Source of the DNA: Octopus vulgaris | Lineage: Eukaryota | Direction: 5' to 3' | Assembly (NCBI GenBank): GCA_951406725.2 | Contig: OX597822.1 | Coordinates: 23,560,001-23,624,000, forward strand | Length of the DNA stretch: 64,000 nucleotides | Shown: positions 52,806 through 64,000 of the stretch, in pieces | How the letters are laid out: each line of letters opens with the position of its first letter | Numbering within the stretch: the stretch's first letter is position 1 | The notes under the pieces: model-generated | The model's database searches: none | What the model was told of the DNA's origin: nothing | The model's input: only the letters and a program-made list of their open reading frames with translations | Program-made: the position numbers and the translations under genes

Positions 52806-53481
52806 GCTCTTCTGGGATTTCCCATGCCGCTACGCGAATATTTATACTCTTTAGCAATATCAAAAGCTACTTTAATGACTTTGAAGTTGTTTGTAATCGC
52901 TAACACGTGTTACCCATCTCTTTCCCGTCCCCTCTATTATATACCCTTACCTCTCCCCCCCCCTGCATCCTCCATTCTATGTTCTGTTTTTATTTATTCG
53001 TCTCTTTATCATTTCCATCCACTTCCACTTGATGTTATGACGTCATAATACGACAATTGCCAACTTTCACAGCATTCACTAATTGGCTCTGAATACACAT
53101 ATGTATGTACATATGTCTGTATACATGTATATATAAAGGTATATATGCATGTTTTTATACATAACGAATGATAGAGGCGGAAAATGGAATATACCAGAAA
53201 CTTTAATGCTCACAACGAACAATGTTTATATATATATATATAAATATATATATTGGAAGGTTTGGAGATGATGTACAGGTATTATATATTAGAAGAAATG
53301 AGGTAATCAGAAGATCGGATGGTTCATATTTACAGATATTTATTTATATATTACATTTTTTACATATATATATCATATCATTCAGATCATTAGCGCTTTC
53401 TCCCATTCTAGTGGGGTTTTCAAATCAAAATAATTCCTTTGTGGGGAATTTTAATAATTTTATAGAGCTTCTCGTAGTGGT

Positions 53482-53548
<67 letters not shown>

Positions 53549-53552
53549 ATTA

Positions 53553-53640
<88 letters not shown>

Positions 53641-53643
<3 letters not shown>

Positions 53644-54053
53644 GCAGGAGTGGCTTTGTGGTAGGTAGCTTGCTAACCAACCACATGGTTCCGGGTTCAG
53701 TCCCACTGCGTGGCATCTTGGGCAAGTGTTATCTGCTATAGCCCCGGGCCGACCAATGCCTTGTGAGTGGATTTGGTAGACGGAAACTGAAAGAAGCCTG
53801 TCGTATATATATATATAAGTGTGTGTGTATATGTTTGTGTATCTGTGTTTGTCCCCCTAGCATTGCTTGACAACCGATGCTGGTGTGTTTACGTCCCCGT
53901 CACTTAGTGGTTCGGCAAAAGAGACCGATAGAATAAGTACTGGGCTTACAAAGAATAAGTCCCAGGGTCGATTTGCTCGACTAAAGGCGGTGCTCCAGCA
54001 TGGCCGCAGTTAAATGACTGAAACAAGTAAAAGAGTAAATGAGTAAAGAGAGT
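53641..54053 (+). mobile_element. CORE-like SINE, full length (reference copy in this window)
   Basis: ggcgcaggagtggctttgtggtagg (A-box), gggttcagtccc (B-box-like), CORE-like block, internal TA/TG repeat and (GTAAAAGA)n tail. Confidence 0.92.
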
Positions 54054-54082
54054 ATATATACAGACACATATCTATATAATGT

Positions 54083-54113
<31 letters not shown>

Positions 54114-54824
54114 GTATAAACATGCACAATGACATAGACATACTTGCATGCATACGCATAATTACAAATATAACACACACCCACATAGACATACATTCAC
54201 ACATATACAATGGTTTTACATACATTTTCCGTCTACTAAATTCACTCACAAAGCATTGAGCATCCTGTGTCTTGAGTAAGAGACACTAGCCCGAGGGAGA
54301 GCACAGAAACATGCAGTTTTTACATTATAAACCTCACTGCGAATATAATTTATACATTGATATATTTTTATATCTCGCAAGAATATTGAGATTGAAATCT
54401 GTAAAGTTTTAAGCCGTTGCTTACATCAGATTTCCGTACAACCATACTTTATTGTTTCAGAAAAAGGAAATGTAAAACGGATAGATAATTATAATAAATA
54501 TAAATAAAAAGAAAGGAAGAACCCAATTTATATGTAGTCCTAGATATGCTTAGACATGTTGTTATCATTACTACGAGGTAATGACTGTTGTTTATTCTTT
54601 GAAATAAAACGATCCAAGAATTTTTTAAAAACCGATTGGTGTGACTGTTTGGTTAAGGATCTGGCTTTGAAACCACACGGTTTCGAGTTCAGTCGCACCA
54701 TGGGGCACTCTTCTACAATAGTCGCTGTGGTCAGCAGTCATACACACACACCCTTTCGGCCTACCCATGTTTGACCGGTAGAATATCAAAGATGCGAGAA
54801 CTGCTTGAAGAGCAAGCACGTGAG

Positions 54825-54887
<63 letters not shown>

Positions 54888-54954
54888 AAGAAAAAGTGAG
54901 AGGATAAGAAAGAGTAAGAGTGAGAGATAGAGAGAAAGAGAGATGCACCTGCAG

Positions 54955-55098
54955 TCAGTTGGTACTCATTTTCAGCTGGTTAGACAACAACGTGAACTGA
55001 AATGACTTGCTCAAGAGGACAACACATTCCTACGGTTTAGGGATCGAACACACGACCTTACGACCAAGAGCTAAAAATCCTTGACCACCAGGCCACGT
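54955..55098 (-). mobile_element. Old CORE-like SINE 5' part
   Basis: Minus strand cgtggcctggtggtcaagg..gtgttcgatccc..gtgttgtcctcttgagcaagtcattt. Confidence 0.6.
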
Positions 55099-55430
55099 TT
55101 TGGGATTCAGAAGAAAATATTGTTCATTCGTGTCATTGCACATCCTCTTTTCATCCGACGGATCTTCATGCCGCGTACAGTGGAGAATCCCCTTCGATAA
55201 ACACATGGGAATTCCATTTACCCTGTGTTCGGAACCCGTTGTGGATTCCTAATTGTAAGCGCTGTCATGATACCAATGGATTAATTATTCCCTCCTCGCT
55301 TTCGGCGAATCCCAGATGATCTTTCATTCTTATACATAATTAATAGTTGCTACATTTTAAATAATTCAGTCCTCAACCGTTTAGTCTCCCTTTCTCTCTT
55401 TTTTTTAGTAATCTTTATGGTGCTAATTTG

Positions 55431-55463
<33 letters not shown>

Positions 55464-55577
55464 TGTGTGTGTGTAAATGTATATATGTGTATGTGTGTGT
55501 ATACATATGTATGTATGAGTATATATATATATATACATACACATACATATACTTGTATAGATATGCACATACATAGA

Positions 55578-55778
55578 GAACGAAGGCGGGGAAGATATGC
55601 AGTGATATACACCTGGAAAGACTTGTACCAAACTTTAGCACTGAAATTTACACAAAGTGGCCAAACGGGATACCACTGCACAGTGCCAAAGATCCCAGCA
55701 TCACAATCAAAATACAGGACCAGATGCTGCTACAGTTTGGGTTACAAAGGCCCACAACTCTTCAATATCCTTCTAAAA
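55578..55778 (+). mobile_element. CR1-like LINE ORF2 C-terminal remnant
   Basis: ERRRGRYAVIYTWK / LVPNF / TGYHCTVPKIP..RTRCCYSLGYKGPQLFNIL. Confidence 0.7.
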
Positions 55779-56549
55779 TACATATATGGGTACAGGACGT
55801 CACCAGCAGTAAACAACATGAAATATGAAAACAAATGAGTTCAATACGCAAACAACGAGAGAAACAGATGGAAAACAGGACAAGTAACATAAAGAACGAC
55901 CCGTCATCAGTTGTCGGCTGTCTATCTATTCCTCACTTCGAGCATTGAACGACAATATGAGTCTTCGAATACAGTTGCTCCCCTCAGTACCAAAATAAAA
56001 GTTGGGGTTTATGGAGGGTCAAAGTTGGGAACAAAAACAGGACATTGGAGACATACAAGGAAACCGAACGAAAACAAACATGGAGGGTCGTTAGACCGGA
56101 ACGAGAGTAAAATAGCGAACGCTGGAGAAATATTTTCTTTGACAAGAGAAAAGACAGAAGAGAAAGATAGGATACGTCCAGTCCTTAGGACAGTCCTGAA
56201 AGAAAAGGAAGATCATCACGTGGGGAAAAGAAAGATGGACGATGGTCATGTGTGAGCAACGAGAGAGAGAGAACAGGAGAAAGGGGGAGAGAGAGAGAGA
56301 GAGACAGATAGAAAACGGTGAAGTGGAGAAAAAAGAGAATAAGAGAAAGGATGAGAGAGAAAACGATAGGGTAGAAAAACAGTATAGAGTAGAGTCGCAT
56401 CAAAAAGATTAAGATAAACTTACTTGGAAATGGATGCGTAGCGTTCAATCAAATAATAATATAAATAATATATATATGTATATATATATATATATATACA
56501 CGCACACACTACATACATTCATATATGTATATACGTATTTATATACACA

Positions 56550-56937
56550 CTAGCAGTATCGCCCGGCGTTGCTCAGGTTTGTAAGGGAAATAACTATAAA
56601 GCATTTTTAGAGAGTTATAGCCAAAAAATAGCAAAAAAATGGAAAAAAAATTATGGTAAATTTTTTTTTGAGAGTAAAAAAAGGTTGAGTTGCGTCCCCT
56701 AGACAGTCTGTGGTTTGTTTTTTTTTATTCTCGACCCCATGTCGAATTTATCGATTTTTTTCAGAACTGGGGTTAACTTTTCAAAATTTTCGCTGCGTTA
56801 GTTTTGAATTATGACATTGGGCTATGTGTGTGTCAAGTTTCATCAGAATCGGTTGAAAGCCGTGGTCAGGGTGAGGGTACGAGAAAACAGACACACAGAA
56901 ACACGCACAGACAAACTGCCGTTTATATATAGAGAGA
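56550..56937 (-). mobile_element. Non-autonomous Helitron, full length
   Basis: Same termini and body as 33500-33884. Confidence 0.88.
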
Positions 56938-57676
56938 TATATATATATTTATGTATACACATATTCACACATACGCATATATACTTATATATACATACAT
57001 TATATAAATATAAACGTATGACACACACACACACGTATACATACATTCATACATGGGGAAAGGTAAATGTTAGTTTTTTGCTCGTGGGTGTATGTGCATA
57101 CCTGAGTGAGTGCGTGTGTGCATGTGTATATAAGTGTGTGTGTGCGCGCGCGCGTGCTTATGTTACTTATGATTCATAATTAACGAAAGAATTTCGAAGA
57201 AACTTCGAATAAAAAATAAATGGACTGGAAATGTTATACGCTATAATATACATATTTATTAAAGATTAAATATCCTACAATATTATATACATGTCATATG
57301 TATGTATCTACGTACGTATATTTACATTAAATCGCAGGAGACATCCATGCTCATCCACACAAGCACACACACATACACACACGCGTACACAACCATGAAT
57401 ACGCGCGCGCACACAAACACATACAGATATATTCACACACACACACGTACACAGATACATATGTTGTTGACAGAATCTCATGTATATCTTTCTAAATACA
57501 CATTCTGACCTTCATAAATAAATACATTAATATATATTTATATATATACATCTTTAAATAGACAAGCACATACACGTCTGCGTGCGTGTATTTAAGTATG
57601 TATGTATTTATGTACGTACACAGACATATAAAGAGAAAGGAAAGATATGGTGAGGAGGGAAAAAGAGAGATAGACA

Positions 57677-57730
<54 letters not shown>

Positions 57731-57790
57731 TATATATATTTATATATATATATATATAAATAAATAAATAAATATATATATATATATATA

Positions 57791-57896
<106 letters not shown>

Positions 57897-58142
57897 GATA
57901 TAGATAGGCAGAAAAAGATATGCTTTATTCCCTGAAGATAACGTCATGTGACCTAATTGCATGAACTATCACCTGAACCCATCTTTACCATTCTCAGACT
58001 AAATATAACCATCACATTCTACTTTCACTTTCGTAAACAAAATACACCTCCTTACCCTGACCTGCACATTCATTCACTTCTTTGTTGTCCATTCTTTTGT
58101 TAAGTCGTTTAATTCCTTAGAATGTTAACTTTTGATTATATT

Positions 58143-58370
58143 CTCTTTACTCTCTCTTTACTCTTTTACTTGTTTCAGTCATTTGACTGTAGCCATGCTG
58201 GAGCACTGCCTTTAGCCGAGCAAATCGACTCCAGGACTTATTCTTTGTAAGCCTAGTACTTATTCTATCGGTCTCCTTCGCCGAACCGCTAAGTTACGGA
58301 GCCGTAAACACACCAGCCTCGGTTGTCAAGCGATGTTGGGGGGGGGGGACACAGACACACAAACATACAC

Positions 58371-58431
<61 letters not shown>

Positions 58432-58580
58432 CGACTGGCTTCTTTCAGTTTCCATCGACCAAATCCACTCACAAGGCTTTGGTCGGCCCGAGGCTACAGT
58501 AGAAAACACTTGCCCAAGGTGCCACGCAGTGGGACTGAACCCGGAACCTTGTGGTTGGTAAGCAAGCTACTTACCACAGT
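58143..58580 (-). mobile_element. CORE-like SINE, near full length
   Basis: Reverse complement of 53641-54053. Confidence 0.9.
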
Positions 58581-58924
58581 CACTCTTCCGTCTATATTTG
58601 AAAACTTATTCAAACTGAACCGTTTGTGCGTCAGACAAAATTCGAAGCAGTATATCTTCCGACTCGTTACATTCTGAGTTCAAATTTCACCGGAGTAAAC
58701 TTTTGTCTTTCATTCCTTCGAGATCGCTAAAATATATACCAACCAAGTACTAAGATCGATACAATCAATTTGCCTCTTCATTAATTATTGTTCCTTACTG
58801 AGATCTTATGTTTCTTATTCTTGTGTTCTTTCCGGTTATATTTTGATTTCTTGTTCCTATTTTCCTTATACCACAATATCTCGTAGGGTTCATGGTAAAC
58901 ATATTTATAGACATTCGTTAATTG

Positions 58925-59313
58925 CTGTTGTTGTTGTTGTTGCTGTTGAGCGAACGGTCTTCGTCTCAGAGCTCGCAAGATGGGAGAAGTCCGAAACGTG
59001 GTCCTTTGCTATTCGTAAGACCCGCAGAAGAGAAAGCAGGTCAACCCCCGACACCGAGAGCATCGACGGATGGATGAATGCGCATCCAGGCTCAGCGGTT
59101 GCGTAGGAAGTCGGGGACAAGAAACAGGAAGAAAGAGTGAGAGAAAGTTGGAGCGAAAGAGTACAACAGGGGTCGCCACCACCCCCTGCCGGAGCCTCGT
59201 GGAGCTTTAGGTGTTTTCGATCAATAAACACACACAACGCCCGGTCTGGGAATTGAAACCACGAGCCTCCGACCGCGAGTCTGCTGCCCTAACCATTGGG
59301 CCATTGCGCCTCC
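58925..59313 (-). mobile_element. tRNA-derived SINE resembling the octopus OR1/OR2 families
   Basis: Minus strand ggaggcgcaatggcccaatggttagggcagc (A-box), ggtttcaattccc (B-box) and (AAC)n tail. The family name is from recall and is unverified. Confidence 0.8.
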
Positions 59314-59856
59314 ACTGTCGTTGCTGTTGTTTTTTTTAGAGCTTCTGTAGTCAGCCCAAGGGTAAAACGTCCTCTAGCAATTTTATCGACCCTGAAAGGA
59401 CGAAAGGTAAAGTCGACCTCGGCGGAATTTGAACTTGGAACGTAAACAGTCGGAAGAATTGAAAAAGTGCGCCACCTAACGCATTCATTCTACTAAATGT
59501 GCAATATCGATTTTTCCGGAAATTGATGGTGCGAAACCTCATCTAATCCGCGCTGATTTACACCTGTATTTCATTTAATCTGTATTTCATTTAATTATTT
59601 AAGTAAATTTAGTATTTGTTTAATTTTGATTATGTTGGCCAAGGTGACCACCGCTGGTTCGGAAAAATCCGTAATCCGGAAATATTTTGGAACGAAAGAT
59701 TCCGGAAAATGGATGTTGTACTTGTAACATAGTTCACTCATTCATACCTTCTGACGAGGAACAAGTCTTTTACATACACACAAACACGCGCGCGCACACA
59801 TATATACACACGAATTCACAGACACATACAGACACATACAAATAAACACATACAAG

Positions 59857-59888
<32 letters not shown>

Positions 59889-60583
59889 CACATACACACA
59901 CATACACACATAGACATACGCACACAAGCAAACGTACAGACATACACACACATACAAACACAAACATACACACACGCACACATACATACACACACATACT
60001 CACGCACGCACGCACGCACGCACTCAGAGACATACACACACATATACACACATACAAACAGACAGACAGACAGACAGACACGCACAGAGGAGGAGATAAA
60101 TAGCTGATATTTTCGGTAAGTACGTGAATAAGCACCACCCTAAAACCTTTTCTGCAGATGTTAACGTGTAACTTGAGAGAAACACAGCTTCTATTTCTAG
60201 CAGACTCAATCACTGGGTTAAACGCTCATTCCCTGGGTTGTAAATGCCTGTTAGATTTACCATGAAACATAAAGGAAATCGCCATGATTATTGAGCAAAC
60301 TTCAGTAAACACAATGGCAAAATGCTTTAAAGAGACAGGCAGAGATTATGCGATAGTGACGAAATCGTATGTAAGGTGTGTATATATGGTGTATATATCA
60401 TATATATCCTCCAGGGATTTCAGTGTATAAACATTGAGAAGCGAATCCGTGACTCGGTGTCACGCCTCTTCCGGAACGTATTTATCTGTTTATCCGTTGG
60501 TGTTGTTGTTTTTTTTATGGTACGTACATACATACAAACATACATACATAAATACATGATTACATACATACATATATATATAC

Positions 60584-60674
<91 letters not shown>

Positions 60675-60767
60675 TACACATACACATATATCTATAAACA
60701 TATGTGTATATGTATATCTACACACATATATTTATTCATATATGTTATATGTATGTATATAGGTCTG

Positions 60768-60932
<165 letters not shown>

Positions 60933-61598
60933 AATATATATATATATATATCTGTGTGTGTATATAAGCGTATGCAAATAAATAGTAGATACATATAAGT
61001 TACACAGAGGTTTTACACAGAGGTCCATATGCATACACACACATGTATAGATAAATACACAGACACGCGCACAGACACGCACACACAGATTCACACACAC
61101 ACACACACACACACATACACACACAATATGCACACACGCGCATACATAGTGAGGAAAGAAAGTGAAAGTGGGACTATCGACAGAGAGTTCACCAAGTGCA
61201 GTCAAATTTTGCCTATTAGAGAGAAGCCTCGGGAAGAAAATGGCTGCGATAAAGATGAATACTGTAGATTAGAGGTTAACCGCATCTGATTAGTTCAGTT
61301 TCTACAGGAAGCCTTCCCCTATTTATTTGGTACACAGCCTCGTCAGATGCCAACCTGCACCACCCACGCATGATTCCTCAGGACGTTTTGATCCCTCTCC
61401 TTGAAGATCCTAAAGTAAATAAATACCTTTAATGTTATTTCCTGATCTGCCTCACGCTACTTGGCTGTATTGCACGACATTTTATGAACCTCCTTCTGCT
61501 GCATTCTTCCTATATCTGTCAGAGTATATGTGTGTGTGTATGTGTCTGTGTAATATGTGTATCTACATATACATAGACAATTCATACATGTGTATGTC

Positions 61599-61640
<42 letters not shown>

Positions 61641-61994
61641 TTTTATTCCTTGGCTTGTTTCAGTCATTTGACTGCGGCCATGCAGTTATTGGCGTTGTGG
61701 GTTGTAGGCTTTTCCCATATCGAAGTTCGATAAACTGAAAGAAATTGTTTATAGTTCACGGTTAGCAACATGAGTTGCTATGAATCCGAATTAAGATCAC
61801 ACGTACATATGTAGAAATACACACACATATACACACACATAGACACAGATACACGCACACATATATCTACATACATATACGATTCATATATGTGTGTTTG
61901 TGCCTATGTGTGTATGTATGTGTGTGTGAGTGCGCATACATATGCATATACGCATTTACACATACATACATACATACATACATACATACATACA

Positions 61995-62025
<31 letters not shown>

Positions 62026-62100
62026 GGGCTAAACTACAGATACGCATATTTTTCTTGTTTACTTCAATCTTTTTGGGGTAACTTTTCTCGATATTTACCG

Positions 62101-62137
<37 letters not shown>

Positions 62138-62329
62138 CCTCTCTCTCTCTCTCTTAGAAACAAACACATGCACGCACATACAACACACACACAGACACAC
62201 ATACTCACACTCACACACACACATAAAGTGAAAAAGTTGACCGTATGTTTTGAGTTTCAAACCTAGTTGGGCTTTTTCACGACTGTGGAAAGAGGAGAAA
62301 AATCTGGAGTTTATTTTGGGTTCATTTAA

Positions 62330-62544
62330 CCCTTTCGTTACTGTATTTCTGTTGAGATGCTCTGTTTTTCTTTCAATTATTTTAAACATAACAAAGAATT
62401 TAGTAAAATAATTATCATTAAGCTAGTGTTAGAAACATAAATTGCGACTAAGGTTTGGTGGAAGATTTTAATTAAAAACTTATGAAAATAAGACATTTGT
62501 ACTAAGAGCCAGGGCTGGTTTCAACCAGGTTGGTAACAAAAGGG
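62330..62544. mobile_element. piggyBac-type MITE
   Basis: TTAA|ccctttcgttac ... gtaacaaaaggg|TTAA (11/12 TIR match with TTAA duplication). Confidence 0.88.
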
Positions 62545-62798
62545 TTAAAATTAAATGAATATGGGTGGATAGGGTTTGAACCATGTGGGGAAGTGGTTAA
62601 TGATATTTTAGGTGTGTGTCGGTGCTAGAACTAAACTACTGCATAATAATTGAATGCCGCTCCTTCATTGCAATTTAATTAGGGCTGGTTGGACTGATGA
62701 CCTTTGACCAAGGTTAGTTTATTGTTTAGTAAAAAAAAAATGTTTATTATACAGCATGTCTAAAATTATCGTGTTGTATTTGATAGAGTAGACTTCTA

Positions 62799-63240
62799 AA
62801 GGCGGCGAGCTGGCAGAATCGTTAGCACGCCGGGCGAAGTGCTTAGCGGTATTTCGTCTGCCGCTACGTTCTGAGTTCAAATTCCGCCGAGGTCCACTTT
62901 GCCTTTCATCCTTTCGGGGTCGATGAATTAAGTAATAGTTGCGTACTGGGGTCAATCTAATCGACTGGCTCCTTCCTCAAAATTTCGGGCCTTGTGTCTA
63001 GAGTACAAAAGATTATATTACATTTAGGCGGCGGGCTGGCAGAATCGTTAGCACTCCGAGCGAAATGCTTAGCATTTTTTCGTCCGCCGTTAAGTTTGAG
63101 TTCGAATTCCGCCGAGGTCGACTTTGCCTTTCATCCTTTCGGGACGATAAAATTAGTACCAGTTACGTACTGAGATCGATGTAATCGACTTAATCCCTTC
63201 CCACAAAATTTGAGGCCATTGTGCTTCCAGTAGAAAGGAT
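62799..63240 (+). mobile_element. Head-to-tail pair of Deu/Nin SINEs
   Basis: 62799-63015 and 63026-63240, each with A/B boxes and the Nin core. Confidence 0.9.
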
Positions 63241-63325
63241 TGATTAAAGTTGAGAAAGTGTAACACACTAACGTTCACATTTATTATATTAGATATGTGG
63301 AAACTTTATTTCAATTAAAGTGTAC

Positions 63326-63370
<45 letters not shown>

Positions 63371-63609
63371 TGTTAGAAGTGGTGTACAGATATTGAATAT
63401 TGAGAAAAGAGGAGGTTGCCAGAATTTTGGAAAAAGAATTTTAAAAATTTAGTCACTAAAATTGTGAATGTGCAAACAGCTTGTTTATTTATATAAATCA
63501 GGTTTTTTTTGTTTTGTTTAGAAGTGGAGAATATTGTTTTTTTTTTTTTGTGGGTGAGGTTCCAGAATAATAGAAATAGAGAGATAGGTAGATGGACAGA
63601 TAGATGGAC

Positions 63610-63640
<31 letters not shown>

Positions 63641-64000
63641 TAGGTAGGTAGAGAGAGGGAAGGGGAAGGATTTCTTTTCAATTTGGAATGTTTTTTACCA
63701 TTTATTTATTTAGCTTTTTTTTTTACCGTTGTATAGCTACTGGCATGAGACATGAGTTCAAGAGTGCGGTCATCACTAAAAGCAATTTTTCTCTTAAGGT
63801 GCCAAGAAGGAAGATAAGACGTTCTATATAAAAATTAAATATATGTGTGTGTGCGCGCGCGTGTGTGTGTACGTATGTGTGCCTGTTAGTTCATGTGTTT
63901 GGAAATATGTCTATGTCTCCACTGTATAATTTCGATGTTTTGCTTTAAAAAATCAAGTCAGGTTTCTTTTAATTTCATGATTTTGCATGAACAAACATTA

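Noticed and set aside
53385-53426. Heavily decayed HHR-like motifs here and at about 32143-32175, 44230-44280, 44480-44520 and 60427-60485
   Set aside because: Each has two or more core substitutions. They are plausible PLE ends but cannot be supported without family consensuses.
55181-55254. Possible exon between AG and GTAAGC
   Set aside because: Weak acceptor, unrecognisable peptide and no partner exons.
58970-59010. gga-gaag-tcc-GAAAC-GTG-GTC hammerhead half in the OR-like SINE tail
   Set aside because: There is no CUGANGA box upstream, and it is antisense to the SINE.
61282-61350. Minus-strand gcat-CTGACGA...GAAA-ctga-actaa-tcag-atgc
   Set aside because: It lacks the UH cleavage nucleotides and a clean stem II, and may simply be a short inverted repeat.

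Overview
AT-rich eukaryotic, repeat-dominated DNA, very probably an octopus genome (judged from the SINE families and the extreme microsatellite load). I find no supportable host protein-coding gene, rRNA, intact tRNA gene or CRISPR array. Almost all ORFs in the track are microsatellite or SINE artefacts. The window holds: about 20 Deu/Nin-domain SINE copies, about 15 pieces of a CORE-like SINE with an internal microsatellite, OR-like SINEs, non-autonomous Helitrons, mariner and pogo remnants, a piggyBac MITE, and R4/Dong, HERO-like and CR1-like LINE fragments. The main signal is a Penelope-like element (PLE) and hammerhead ribozyme (HHR) layer. It consists of decayed PLE reverse transcriptase (about 30160-31641) and GIY-YIG (42145-42384) coding remnants, plus about ten type I HHR motifs from at least six sequence families. 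Most of these motifs sit in fold-back or inverted structures. One family is a tRNA-headed SINE that ends in a minimal HHR and carries 5' inversions in both copies, which suggests a Penelope-mobilised, ribozyme-bearing SINE. All calls are by eye, element boundaries are approximate, and no ribozyme activity or family assignment has been tested.
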